A stretch of 64,000 nucleotides of DNA from Antedon mediterranea (taxonomy: Eukaryota; Animalia; Echinodermata), in contig NC_092678.1 in the NCBI RefSeq assembly GCF_964355755.1, forward strand, positions 15,481,881 through 15,545,880. The letters run 5' to 3'. Shown here piece after piece: positions 51,316 through 64,000 of the stretch. Positions within the stretch are counted from its first letter, which is position 1, and each line of letters starts with the position of its first letter. The translations under genes and the position numbers were made by a program. Below the pieces are notes generated by a model that saw only the letters and a list, made by a program, of their open reading frames with translations, was not told the DNA's origin and did no database searches.

Positions 51316-52209
51316 TAGTCTAGGACCTGGGTTAGATTTGTAAGAATTTAATTTAGGAGAGAATATCTCAACTGTTATAGGATAATTTGACCCCAACGAA
51401 CAACATGGAATGTGTGCCAAATTCGCTATCCGAGACGAACATGCACAAAATCGGTGTTAAAAATGTGTGGTTCTTATATCTCGACAACCACTTGGCGTAC
51501 AGATTTGATTTTGGTGTCAAATTGTTCAGAATATACATATTTATATTCGGTCTAACACAACTTTTAGCGAAAAATGCTTTACTGACCTTTGACCCAAAAA
51601 TGATCAAAAAACACATTTTCGGTTTAAATTATTCTTTAACATGCCAATGGACAAACTGTATGGTATCAAATGAAAGCATATACAATATGCTACCCATTGC
51701 TACCCAACTTGTATTGAAAATGTTTAATTATGAAGCTAATTGTATGGAAAATGTGCATATTTCGATTACTTTTATACACAAAAAATGAATATTTGGCAGC
51801 GTAATTGTTATGTTTATTTATATAAAATTAAATAATTTAAGTTTTTGGAAGAACAATTTGTCCATTGGCATTTTAAAGAATAATTAACCAGAAAATGTGT
51901 TGTTTGGGCCTGGGTCAAAAGTACTGGAAAAGCATTTCCGGTCATTATTTCGCTAAAAGTTGTGACCGAATATAAATATGTATATTCTGAACAATTTGAC
52001 ACCAAAAGCAAATCTGTACGACAAGTGGTTGTCGAGATATAAGAACCATACATTTTTAACCCTTGACCCCAGTTTTGGGCATGTTCGCCCCGGATAGCGA
52101 ATTTGGACCGGAACGTATCCCCATGTCCTTGGGGTCAAATTATCCTATAATAGTTAATATATTCTCTCCTAAATTAAATGCATACAAATCTTACCCAGGT
52201 CCTAGACTA
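51316..52209. mobile_element. Non-autonomous Academ-like element with long TIRs
   Basis: TAGTCTAGGACCTGGGT...ACCCAGGTCCTAGACTA. TAG/CTA termini, 3-bp TSD ATA, and inverted similarity extending about 350 bp. Confidence 0.8.
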
Positions 52210-52331
52210 ATAAATATAGTATAGTTAGCCAGGTTCATCGGCGCATCTAGCAGAAAAGATACTAAAACTCTGTCTGTTATATTTTTAAGTTTTGTCGATA
52301 AATATTATCTTTGCCGCGTTTAACAACTTAA

Positions 52332-52774
52332 AGATACCTTCCCTATGTTTTTTAGATCTAATTTAAGATCACAAACTATATTTAATGTAAATAATACTAT
52401 ATGGTCCTATTGCGATAACTGTTTACGTCTTTAAATGGTTAAACATTTGAAAAATAAGTCGATTCTAATAATTATAGCGGCCCGCTATAAATCCCAAAAT
52501 GCATTGCGCGCGGATTGATATTTTTGTTTTTCTTCTGTAATTCACCCACTTTTCGATCGATCGTGAGTCCAAAACAAATGGAAGACTCCTAACTTTTCAG
52601 CGAAAATACCGGGTTTTCTCCAATTTGTATCAACGTAGTCTGGCAAAAAAAACTTTTTATCATAATTTACCATAAAACGTACGTTTAAGACAAGGAATGA
52701 CCTGGTTTAATGTTTTTAAAGTAATACATATGTATTATTTTTACAAAACGTCACAAATTGTAGGGAAGGTGTCT
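52332..52774. mobile_element. Non-autonomous Kolobok-like element
   Basis: TTAA-AGATACCTTCCCTA...TAGGGAAGGTGTCT-TTAA. The paralogous empty site CAACTTAATTTTCAACG lies near 18078-18094. A related partial copy lies at about 32537-32950. Confidence 0.85.
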
Positions 52775-53308
52775 TTAATTTTCAACGTGTGAAATGCAAA
52801 CCTCACGTTGACCCACATACAAAATCGGTATCACGTACGGTAAGATGTGTATATATATATATATATTTTTATAAGATGACGTAGAACCCGATTTTTACCC
52901 ATACATATACGGATACGGAGGTTGTAAGTATGACGTACTGTATACCCCTTTAACTTCACGAGCATACTGATGATCATGGTGTGTCGTCAATGATTTAGTC
53001 GTATTAAATTTGTCCATATTTGCAAATAATCTGATTTATATATAGGTTTCAAATTATACGAAGCTTCAGGTTGACCGATGAAATGAAATTTAAATAATCC
53101 GCAGCAACATTGCCAGTCTTAATATGTCAGAGGGAACAGATTAGGCCTATTTTAGTGTGTACAGTATGAAACAAACGTAGTATCACGATAGGAGAAATCT
53201 TTGCCTTGGAGCTCATTTGCATGGACATACAGGCTTAAGGCAAGTCTGTCTAATACGGTGTAACATTTAACGCATTCAGGTTAAGATCATGAAGTTATGC
53301 AATAGAAC

Positions 53309-54235
53309 TGTCACGACAAATATGGTCCGGGGCCAAAATCGGTCCGGCCGGACCAGTTTTGGCTCTAAAGTTGTGGCCAAAAGCAGTCCGCCACTGCCAA
53401 AATCGGTCCGGGTTTTTCTTCTGTCGATTTTAATTGAATTACTAGGCCTATGATGCTGTTTTAAGTTGTTTATGGCTAGAAAAATATCCCATGATATATA
53501 TAAGTAAGTTATCTTGTCGGATAAATACTGTAAATAAATGTATTTTATCTAAAAACATGACTTAGGTGTTCACTCATATTTCAACCTGCCACACACTCAC
53601 ATGAACGGGTATGAGACGCTGATATTGCCAGCCAGATTTTATTTTATGATTGATGCCTTTTTCCTTCCTCAGCCTAATCAATATTGGATAATTGTTTTAT
53701 AATGATTGTAGTGAATTGATATTGATTGATTAACCATAAATTAGTAATAAATTAAATTGTTTTTAACATCATGGGGAAACGAAGATGTTTAAAAAACAAA
53801 AGAACAAAATGGATTAAAAACAGGCAGAGAATTAATTGTACACAAAAAACCTAAAAATTAGTACTAATTATTGATGAGTTACTACTAATAGCAATAATGA
53901 TGATAAAAAAAAACAGGCTTAATTTATAATATTAAAATAACAAATAAAACCCCGTAGTTTTCAATATATTATAAATGACTAATCATGGCCTTTTTAAATG
54001 ATATATACATTATGACTCATTTTGCGCACCATATATTTGCAAGATCGGACCATATTTGGCGGCCAAAACAGTCCTACTGCCCGGACCGATTTTATCCAGG
54101 CCGGACCAGTTTTGGCGGCCAAAATTGGTCCGGCCGGACAGGTTTTGGCAGCCATAAATGGTCCCCCGGACTGATTTTGGCAGCCAACACTGGTCCGCCG
54201 GACCGATTTTGGCCCGGACTGATTTTGGTGTGACA
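53309..54235. mobile_element. Non-autonomous Ginger2/TDD-like element
   Basis: TGTCAC...GTGACA termini, subterminal GGTCCGG/CCGGACC repeats and a 4-bp TSD GAAC (53305-53308 and 54236-54239). Confidence 0.82.
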
Positions 54236-54759
54236 GAACATTCCAGTTAATTGTCTGCAACTGCATCTGCATCTTTTATAACTGCTATCTTATATTTTAA
54301 ATATCTTAAGTCTGTTATGAATCTGGGGTTTAATAATTCGACCATATCCTAAATATAGAGTTGGATCACAGTTCCCAATACAGTACATACATTAAAGTAA
54401 TAGTTGGCGCCGTCAAAATAATTCCACCATACATAGGCACAGCAAGTCTCGTCTACTTCACTGGCTTTTGTTAATTTTGGACTGAAGTTCTTGCTTCCAA
54501 TATAATATTCATCCCTCTGTTTCGGTGATAGTGCACAGCGTTACATAGATGTTGCAAATTTGCTCCTTCTCATATTTTCTTTAACTAACGATTATTCCAC
54601 TATTTTGTTTATTAAAACGAAATCGCTTGTTGTTTAATGATGGCAAAGTAATATATTTAATAGCGCATTTAAAGTTTCTATTTCATTTCGAAGTTTTTAA
54701 GCTTGTTGAATAGTATAATGTCATTAAGTTCAAATTTTAAATTTGATTGTGACTGTCCT

Positions 54760-55205
54760 GTTAACGTTAAACGTTATTAAAATTGTTATGTACAAAGTCG
54801 TATTTGAACTTTTTATGAACGTTCATTGTACGATAAAGATAAAAGAAATATTTATGTATTTTAACGTTATTATAAAAAGTTAATCTAACATTAGATGAAC
54901 GTCGTTAAAAAGGTTCACTGAAAGTTATTTTTTGACCGTTATTCTGAAAGTCTTTTTAATGTTCGATAGACCTTATTAAAAACATTCTGTTTAAGTTAGA
55001 TTTAAACATCATTGTGAACGTTCTTTCAACGTAAGATTAAGGTTTTAGAAAAAGTTATGTAACATTACATTTTTATGTTATTATGAAAGTTAATCTAACG
55101 TTAGATGAACGTTGTTAAAAAGATTAATTGAAATTTACTTTTTGAAAGTTAATTTAATAGTTAGTTAGTTTGATTTGTACGTTATTTTTTGTTCTTTTTG
55201 CTGGG
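54760..55205. mobile_element. EnSpm/CMC-like subterminal AACGTT-rich repeats ending in GCTGGG; related sequence at about 58560-60570
   Basis: Repeated AAAAGGTTCACTGAAAGTTA and TAACATTAGATGAACG blocks, with terminus TTGCTGGG at 55198-55205. Confidence 0.55.
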
Positions 55206-55499
55206 AAATAGCCAGGTGTTTTATCTACAACATTGAACCAATTAAATATTGAATTAATATTAATTTACACATTATTATTATACTGTATTTTACATTTTTA
55301 TCACATCTAAAAATAATATAATGAATTTTAATTTTATTATCAAATTCGAATAAAAAGAAAACGTAAATTACTAATAATAATAATGCGTACCGGTGTTTAT
55401 GTGTGTTATACAAATGCTATTCTAAGAAGAATTTTATCGAAGAATCAAAGTACAATAAATGTATCTACAACATTGAACTAATTAAATATTGAAATAATA

Positions 55500-56865
55500 T
55501 AATAATTTAGGTATTTGTAAAGCGCCAGAATCAACTAAACCGAAGTAAAAATCAAAGGCGCTTGTATTGGATGTTAAAAAGATGCGTTCTTTTTTAAAAA
55601 TAGTAATAGAGGTTGAATGAGTAAAATGACGAGGGAGAGAATTCCAAAGAGAAGCAGCAGAGAACATAAAAGACCTTTGTCCATAAGATTTGGTGTTAAT
55701 TCTAGGAACAAGTAGTAGGTTTTGATCAGCCGAACGAAGACAAGCAAGAGGGGTGTAGGTGGGAAGAAGATCAAGGTTTAAGAAGTAGCGCTTTAATTGT
55801 TAGTAAAAGGATCTTATATTTTATACGGGAGTCAATAGGTAGCCAATGGAGGTTATATAAAATAGGAGATATGTGTGAGGATCTTCTAGTAATAGTTAGA
55901 ATGCGTGCAGCAGTGTTCTGGAGACGTTGAAGTCGATTCATTGAAGATTTCGGTAGGCCAAAAAAAAAGAGAGTTGCAATAATCAAGGCGAGAAGTGACA
56001 GAGGCATTTATTAATGTAGAGGCAGTACGCTTTGACAGATACTTTCGAATGCAAGCAATGTTACGTAGATGGAAGTTAGTAGTTTTTTTAACATGACTTA
56101 TATGTTTGTTGAAGGATAATAATTCATCAAAATAAACCCCAAGATTTTTAACATGGAAAAAAAATGGAAAAATTGAACAGGAATTAAAAGAAATCGAGGG
56201 AATATTGAATTTGGAACGTATGTGTTTGGTGGAAAAAATGATAAATTCGGTTTTAGAATTTTAAAAAATAAAATAAAAAGCAAAGGCATGTTGGATGATA
56301 GCCAGGATGATATTTTAGAGAGACAACTTTCAAGTCGTTTAGTTATATCGTGAGATTCAGAAGGATTAAAATCGACATAAATATATCTGTAAGTCATCAG
56401 CTATTATAGGTGGTAGTGTTTTAATAAATTCAGTGAGAGGGGAAATATACAGAGAAAAAAGCAAGGGCCCAAGGATAGAACCCCGTGGAACTCCGCATTC
56501 AAGGCTCTTAGGAGCAGATCTAGTATCATTGATTTCTACGCACTGGGTCCGGCAAGTCAGACAAGATCAAAACCAATCTAAAGCACTATTAGACACTCCA
56601 TAGTAATCTGAAAGACGACAGAGAAGGATGTTGTGATCAACAGTGTCAAAAGCAGATGAAAGGTCTAGCATAACAAGTGCAACAGCACGCTTTCGATCCA
56701 AGGCACAGACAATATCATTATGAATTTTGGTGAGGGCAGTTTCAGTATTGTGACCAACTCTATATGCAGATTGAAATGGATTTAAAAAATTGAATTTGTA
56801 GAGATAAGATATAAATTGATTTAAAACTATTTTCTCAAGGAGCTTTCCAATGAAGTGAAGATTTG
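55500..56865 (-). mobile_element. L2-clade LINE, 5'-truncated decayed RT and 3' end
   Basis: Motifs LDLSSAFDTVDH, GVPRGSILGPLLFSLYI, RLQRLQNTAARIL and LHWLPIDSRIKYKILLL, with several frameshifts. It is inserted into the second copy of a tandem duplication of about 240 bp (55222-55462, resuming at 56868). Confidence 0.88.
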
Positions 56866-57763
56866 ATATTAATTTACATTATATTATTATACTGTATTTT
56901 ACATTTTTATCACATCTAATAATAACATAATGAATTATAATTTTATTATCAAATTCGAATAAAAAGAAAAACGTAAATTACTAATAATAAATATGCGTAC
57001 CGGTGTTTATGTGTGTTATGCAAATGTTGTTCTAGTGAAGATTGTTCTCGAAGAATCGAAGTACAATACATGTATACATTAATTAATGAATATTACAAAA
57101 AGCATTTAAAACATCTCATTGAGTTTACTGACTTTCAATTTTATTAAGCATTAATAATTAAAACATATTTATCATAAAAAAATAACGTAACCAACTACAG
57201 TAAAATTTCTAACGGTAACAGTCGAGTCTCTGGTGGTGTATGTACAACGTGCACTCTGGTCATATCTCGATAACCCTTTGGTCAAAATACTGGGAATAAA
57301 TATATTTATATTCGTTGTAATAGAACATTTTTACTAAATGTAACCGGAAATGCTCTATGCCAATTTATATTTAAAATATACAAAGATGTATTTTTTTATC
57401 ATAACAAAAATATACTTGTCACTTGCTTTACTCTTTTAATGGAAAAGAGTGAAAAACCAAATGCGCCACTCTTTAATACCACTCTTTAAAAGGATGACAT
57501 TCACTCTAAAAGAAGGAGTGTTGTTTCTTTGTAATTTGGAATATGCTGGTTCAATTCAATCCGATAAAGTACATGGTGACTGAGTTGTTCAATCCACAGC
57601 TTTGGACAATTTGGGGGTAGCGAACATAAATATCTGTAAGTGCAGTTTTCCTTGCTCATATTTTTTGGTATCAATGTATAAATCATAAATTTCTCTTTAT
57701 TTTGATGTAAGTTGATTGTAATTAGATAATTAATGACGTCACATAAGGACATAAGGACATTAA

Positions 57764-58080
57764 AGATATATTGTTCCCCAAAAACATGAACAATGAAGAT
57801 TAATTTGAAAAGGTTATTTTGTAGTTTTAATCAAGTTAATCAATTGCTAAGAAAAAAAAAACAAATAAAATATGTTTTCACTAAAATGAAAAAATAAATG
57901 GTTAAATTCAATCAAAAATTCATTGGCTATTTTTTGCTTAAAATTACAGTTTTTTCAGGTAAATGATTTTTTTTCCCGATCCAAGTTTTGGTCAAAGTGG
58001 ATAACTATTATGATATTAAAATGGCATAATCAACTAAAAAATGTAAAAAAACATATTTTGTTCAGAGGGACAATACATCA
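57764..58080. mobile_element. Kolobok-like MITE
   Basis: TTAA-AGATATATTGTTCCC ... GGGACAATACATCA-TTAA (degenerate TIR). Confidence 0.6.
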
Positions 58081-58879
58081 TTAAATAAATAATGAATATT
58101 TCCGTATCTAAAACATGTCAATATTATTTTTAAGATATGACTAATATATCTAAAATTCTCATATAACTATATATAATACATGATAAGCCTATACTCTGAT
58201 TCATTTAAGCATTGTTAGGCACATGTTTATAGCTATGAGTATGTACGTACACAAGTTAACAAAACACTGAGTTCTAGATTATTAAACAATTTTGGGTAGG
58301 GTTTTTGATAACAAATAGCCAGTTTTTCTTTTTCAAACATTTAATTCTTTATATCAATGTATAGAGTAATGTCTACTTTACATTTCGGTTTTAATATGTG
58401 ATTCAATTTGATTTCAATTCAAATTTTATAAAATTACTTTACAAATATCATATCCTGAAATCAGAAAAAATACAATATCTGTAAGAATAATTTTATCTGT
58501 GCATGTTTCAACCAAACCCTTTTCATTGTGCAAATTTAATTTTTTTTTTACTTTGCCACCTAAACGTCGAAATTTATAGACAACAGTTCTTAAAAGGGTT
58601 TACTGAAAGTTACGTTTTAACGTTATTCTGAATGTCCTTCTAATGTTTGATAAATGTTCTGTTTAAGTTAAATTCATACATTATTGCGAACGTTCTTTTT
58701 ACCGTTAGATAAAGATGTTAGAACAGTTATGTAATCTTACATTTTAATGTTATTATTAAAGTTAACCTAACATTAGATGATCGTTGTTAAAAAGGTTCAC
58801 TGAAAGTTATATTTGAAATGTTATTATGAATGTCCTTCTAATGTTCGGAAAACGTTATTAAAAACGTTATTGTATAAAA

Positions 58880-59323
58880 TTAAAATCAACTAATATGGGT
58901 CAGCAAAGTATAGCATATAGAGGACCTAAGCTATGGAATCAACTTATAAGAAATATAAGAGATAGTGAAAATATTATATCAATATTTAAAAAACTATTAC
59001 TAAATAAATACATTAATAGTTATAAAGAAACAATATATCTTTGCGAAAACAACATTTGTAAACTATGTCTAACATTAACTTGATTAATTACATTTTCGTA
59101 TATATTCTGAGACTGTGAAGTATATTATATTATAGTACGTTTTTTTTTTCGTTCATTTATTTACTACATGAAAACATTTTTGTAATATACTTGTAAATTT
59201 ATATTTTAAGTTAGGGTGCCACAGATTAAATGCTTTGCTTGCTTGTGGTTACCCTGTTTTTCACACTTTATTGTACTAAATTGTTTATTTATATTTTGAT
59301 GAATGTTGTGTGAAAAATAAAAG

Positions 59324-59357
<34 letters not shown>
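58880..59357 (+). mobile_element. LINE (CR1-group) 3' end with (ATCA)n tail
   Basis: Translates QQSIAYRGPKLWNQL..FKKLL, then a 3' UTR, AATAAA and a microsatellite tail. Confidence 0.75.
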
Positions 59358-59358
<1 letters not shown>

Positions 59359-59429
59359 GTTTAAGTTAGATTTAAACAATATTGTTTAACGTTTTTTTCT
59401 CGTTAGATAAACATTTCATTTCTTTTATC

Positions 59430-60380
59430 ATTTATCTTTTTATTTCGGAATATCATGGTGACATAATATTTTATCCATAGCAAAAGAGAGAAAAAAAAAT
59501 CTTAATCTAACAGCTCATAGAACAAAAACAAAGATATGTAAATATATAAAGTCAATGCAACAAAGCATTCCATTGTATGTGCATTCTTGACACATTAAGA
59601 ACGTGGCGATTAATGGTCATGATCAAGGAATTACTACTTGCGTTCACACGATTTTTAAAACTAAAAACAGATTTTCTAATGAACTCATCAAAGGATGGGA
59701 CGTCATTTAAGACAAACATCATGCTTGCACTACAATGTCTAGGCTGCTTCAGCAGCAAACGTAAGGCATTGTTATAACATACTTTCAGTGATCTCAGAGT
59801 GCTCTTATTATATCTGCACCATAAGGTTGAACAGTACATGCTGACACAGTAACACTTAAATAGATAACATTTAGTCTTAGTAGAACATTTTCCAAACTTT
59901 CTATTTAGAGAGTTGGCCCTAATGCAAATAGATCGATATTGACGTTTGATGTCACTTTCATCACTCAGGTTATTACTAATCACATGACCAAGATAGGTTA
60001 TTGAATTATCAACGATTAGAGGTGCCCCATTTAAGGTAATATGTGGAACACCTTTGAGGTTGCGGACTTTCGGGCAAAATAGCAAGCATTTGGATTTGTT
60101 TTCATTAAAAGTAATATCATGGTCACTAGCAAAACCTTCACAGAGTCCAATTAGGCTTTGTAAGCGAATCACTAACGGAGCCAAAAGGACCAAGTCATCA
60201 GCAAAGCTTAGGCAATTCAGTTTAAGACTGTTAATTTCACAACCTTCTTTTGACTTAGTCAGTTCAACAGTTAACGGATCAGTGTACACATTGTAAAGAA
60301 GAGGGGACATAACGCCTCCCTGGCGAACCCCATTACGAACAGTGAAAGAATTGGAAACGGAACTTCCCCACCTGACAACA
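59430..60380 (-). mobile_element. Non-LTR retrotransposon RT fragment, 5'-truncated
   Basis: FVVRWG..NGVRQGGVMSPLLYNVYTD, FADDLVLLAP, YLGHVI. The frame is open from 60310 to the stop at 59552 and is followed by a 3' UTR. Confidence 0.9.
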
Positions 60381-62327
60381 AACGTTATTAAGGCAAGTTA
60401 TTTTAATGTTATATTTGAACGTTACCATAAACGTTCCCTCAACGTTAAAATAATGTCAAACAAACATCGTCTTTTGAATGAATGTTATTCGAACGTCACT
60501 TGAACGTCCGAACCTGACCAAACAACAACCAAAAACTAACGTTATATAAACGTTATGTGTTTGTTTGGATATCACATTAATATCTACTCGTAATGCATTT
60601 ACTGGTCTAAATCCAACCGATAAGGGGCTTCAAAATAGCAAATGGCGGCCATTTTGAATTTATGTTAATTAGGCCACTTCCCGATGTCCGATTTTGGTAA
60701 ACTTTGGACATGATGTTCATTTGAACAAAAAACAACATTGTAATTTGTTCTAGATTCAACCATACATTTACTGGACTAGTACCACCTGTCATGGATTGAT
60801 AACGCTTTCGCTTGAAACTTACAGGCAGAGAAAGAATCATGGACATCACCTATTATATTACCATGATTTTTCTCAGAACTGATCATGTTACATACGTATA
60901 AAAAATGCACAGTTACATAGTAATATTTACCAAAAAACAAGTCACGTGACCAATAAAGGTATTCAGTACAACATTTCATTTTCTCAAATATTATACTGTT
61001 TGATATCGTAGTATAACCTTTTCTATTCTGAATACAGTTTTACAGTTTATTCGATTTTCCTTTGTTTTCTTTTTCAGCAGAAACGTAACTTTGGAAAGTA
61101 ATCTAAAATTGTCTTATCTGCTAGTTAATGTATTTATAACTATCCAGTGCAGTGGTGTCTATGTTGTTTTTTCAAATATGGTTTCTGCCAATAGAAAAGA
61201 ATTATGGCTATCTGAGCAAGCAAGCGGTAACCACAAACCATACATAAAAATCAAAGGGAACTTTTAGACGTTAAAAACACAGTAATTCTTATTTGTACAA
61301 TATCTTGGTAGTCTATAAAGGTAAGGCAGTAGGACACTGACTTGTCTTTATTTCGTGTTAATTTGTTGGGAAAACTAATTTATTTAAATTTTATTAAAAA
61401 CTTCTTAAGATTTTGTTATAATTTCACTGTATAATAATATAAAATGCAATTATTTTTGGTTTTTTTTGTTTTGCTGCATTTCATCTGATGTTCAAAGAGA
61501 AAGGCATGTTAATTAACAATGGCATTGTGCACAGATGGCTTTATATTGTATGGTACCAGATTTGACAAAATAACACTGTTATACAAATGATTGTTAACGC
61601 TATGCAAATGATACCATGGCCCTAGCATTTTCTTTTTACGAAAACAGAAATTTTGAATACTAAAAATAAAATAGATTCAGAATTTAACAAGCTATCCAAC
61701 GAAATAAAACAAAGATGTAATTTGACAACAGTTTATTTCACTTTTTTCACAGACTAAAGCTATTTTGATTTTAAATAACTTGGAAACTTGACATTTTATG
61801 GCGTAGTAAGTGTAATCCAGTGCTGTACTTATATTTAGTATTATAAGATAATATGTAATATAATATAAAACATAGGCCTATAAATGGACAATTATGACAA
61901 AGTAGACAGAAAATCAAACAAATATTACTAAAACTGTATTAAGAATGAAACAGTCGCGTGCTCAAGTTAGTGTTTACCGACCAACCGACCGACATAGTGA
62001 GCTGTAGAGTGAGCTAAAAGGTTATCCAACGAGCCCAATTAACTATGTAACCATACGTTTATTGATATTGGTAATGGAATAAAATGTATCAGTATTACAT
62101 TCCAAAGATAACATGGATGACCAGATTTAGTGTGGAACCTCGGCCGTCTTGAAATACAAGATGGCGGCTGAAGAAGTGGTTGACAAAATGGCATCTAACT
62201 GTTTTGGATTCATGAGCATCTGAAGAATAACACAATTAGCTAAAAAATATATTATGTCTTCGAGCTGGAAGACATAATAATTCTTACTACATACCTATGT
62301 GCAATAAACAATGACTTTGTGTTGGCG

Positions 62328-62490
62328 GTCAACCTAGGCCAGGTAGCATTGCGCGGGCGGGTATAATTACCGTCTGTATATGTCAACCTAGGTCAGGTAG
62401 CATTGCGCGGGCGGGTATAATTACCGTCTGTATATGTCAACCTAGGTCAGGTAGCATTGCGCGGCCGGGTATAATTACCGTCTGTATATA
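62328..62490 (+). repeat. Tandem repeat of about 54 bp, 3 copies
   Basis: GTCAACCTAGGTCAGGTAGCATTGCGCGGGCGGGTATAATTACCGTCTGTATAT three times; only one copy is present in the paralogous region near 23625. Confidence 0.9.
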
Positions 62491-63362
62491 ATTATTGATA
62501 TTATTTGTCATAGAAATTGTGTTTTTGGGTATGTGTTGGTCACTCCTACCTTAGGGAGTAACGCCCCAAACCCGGAATATGCATAGTACTATAGTTTAGT
62601 AACAAGATTGATATGATTTGTTGTATACAGTATAGGCCACAAACTTTGTTCTGAAATAAAAGTTGATTAATTAATTGATTGATTAATTGATAACCTAAAT
62701 CAACTAGAGAAGGTCGAAGGACAACCGAATCCAATCATAATACACATCCTAAAAAACGTATGTATTTAATCCCCGATACGCTATAGGCTAATTAATAGAG
62801 CATTTCAGACTATATTTTACTACTACTACTACTACTACTGATTGTCAAACCAAAACAATTGATAATAAATCATTATTTCTTAAATTATTAGGAAGAATAT
62901 AAATACAAAAAGCATATTTTATTGAAGAAAGAACAAAATCTAATTAAAACTAAGTAAGTAAAAATGGAGCGGAGTTTTTTGTAAGAATATTTCTTTTTCA
63001 CTGTAGTGCTTCGTTGTTGTTTTAACATCGTGCCTGATACTATGCTGCGTATTCTACAATTTGTCACCACAGCATGAATCCTTTTCATCACCAATACGGG
63101 ATTATACAACACGATTACGAAATTCGCATCGGTAAGAACCCAATGCTACATTTTGAAATATAAATTTAAATTAAATACTGTAAGCAAAAACGTATGATGA
63201 CATTGACTCTATTAGTTAAAAAACGTTGGGTTTTTTTTTTGTCCTGATTACTTAATTGGGTGAATAAACTGAAAATTATAGTTTGAATAGCAATAACACA
63301 ATAATTTTACATTATAGTATTGTATTTTATTTTAATTTGTTGTGGACGAAACATTACTAATG

Positions 63363-63789
63363 GAATTATCTTATCTTGTTCAACGGAAGTTTGTACGATT
63401 CTTGTCTTATAACTGTGTTAATTTTGCCTTTTCCATTGATTCTGTCAGCAATCGTCGAACGATATCTGATATGGTTTTTTTATATAATAATATTTTAAAT
63501 TCTAAATATGACTGTTCATTAATTTCACTATTTAGTTTAAATGTCCCTGGTCGTACACGAAATAAACATTTAGTGCATATTCCTTTTAGCCGTGTCGACT
63601 GTACTAAAAGGGGAATTTTTCATAGACTACCATATACATTTAATAATCTAAATAGCAATCATATTGATATTTTTAATGATAGACTTGGTTATTTTAAGAG
63701 GACGATTATGTGTTCACTTCTTGAACAGCCTGCATAACCTGTTAATATAAATTTTAAATTGAAATTGTTTATGGCATGCCGATCTATGT

Positions 63790-63790
<1 letters not shown>
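63363..63790 (+). mobile_element. LINE (CR1/Jockey-group) C-terminal fragment
   Basis: Translates LVQRKFVRFL..RRTISDMVFLYNNILNSKYDC..FSLNVPGRTRN. It begins where similarity to 24975 stops. Confidence 0.65.
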
Positions 63791-63820
<30 letters not shown>

Positions 63821-63951
63821 TATATATAAACAAATCAGGCAAAGAACAGTAATTCTAAACCGCCCGGTGACATACTGAAATTTAATTAATTAATTTTATA
63901 CGATAAAGATGAGGAAATCTGTGAGAATGAGAAAAAGTCGCCCCAACCCAG

Positions 63952-64000
63952 ATATTTTATTTGTATTTTATTGTTAACCGTTTTTGATGTTGTATTGTTT
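63952..64000 (-). mobile_element. Start of a second copy or fragment of the Ngaro intergenic region
   Basis: ATATTTTATTTGTATTTTATTGTTAACCGTTTTTGATGTTGTATTGTTT matches about 5180-5228 with one mismatch. Confidence 0.7.

Noticed and set aside
51368-52138. ORFs inside the Academ-like element
   Set aside because: They mirror each other because of the long TIRs and have no protein motifs.
53985-54272. Overlapping ORFs of 82 and 92 aa
   Set aside because: They arise from the GC-rich subterminal repeats of the Ginger-like element.

Overview
AT-rich eukaryotic genomic DNA with spliceosomal introns, probably from a marine invertebrate (inferred from the repeat families and gene types). Bases 1-9940 hold a decayed Ngaro-type tyrosine-recombinase retrotransposon on the minus strand, ordered SGNH hydrolase, gag, RT/RNaseH, YR. 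A DNA transposon end cuts it at 1050, and a 3.4-kb TIR insertion carrying a nested MULE splits its SGNH gene. The element shows consensus splice sites that would give an in-frame Gag-YR fusion. A cluster of conserved bulged CAGC/GCUG hairpins lies just upstream of each putative splice acceptor; one cluster is a regularly spaced repeat-spacer array. This is the best candidate for an undescribed system in the window. Host genes are the catalytic exon of a galactose-3-O-sulfotransferase (30683-31802, +) and a convergent, intron-containing DNAJC2 copy (33874-41824, -) with a frameshift, a nonsense codon and an in-frame loss of its middle exons. The rest is non-autonomous DNA transposons (MULE, EnSpm/CMC, Academ, Ginger, Kolobok, Harbinger-like, Helentron-like), SINE and LINE fragments, satellites, P-type excision footprints and diverged segmental duplications. 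All calls come from reading the sequence by eye; no database searches were run.
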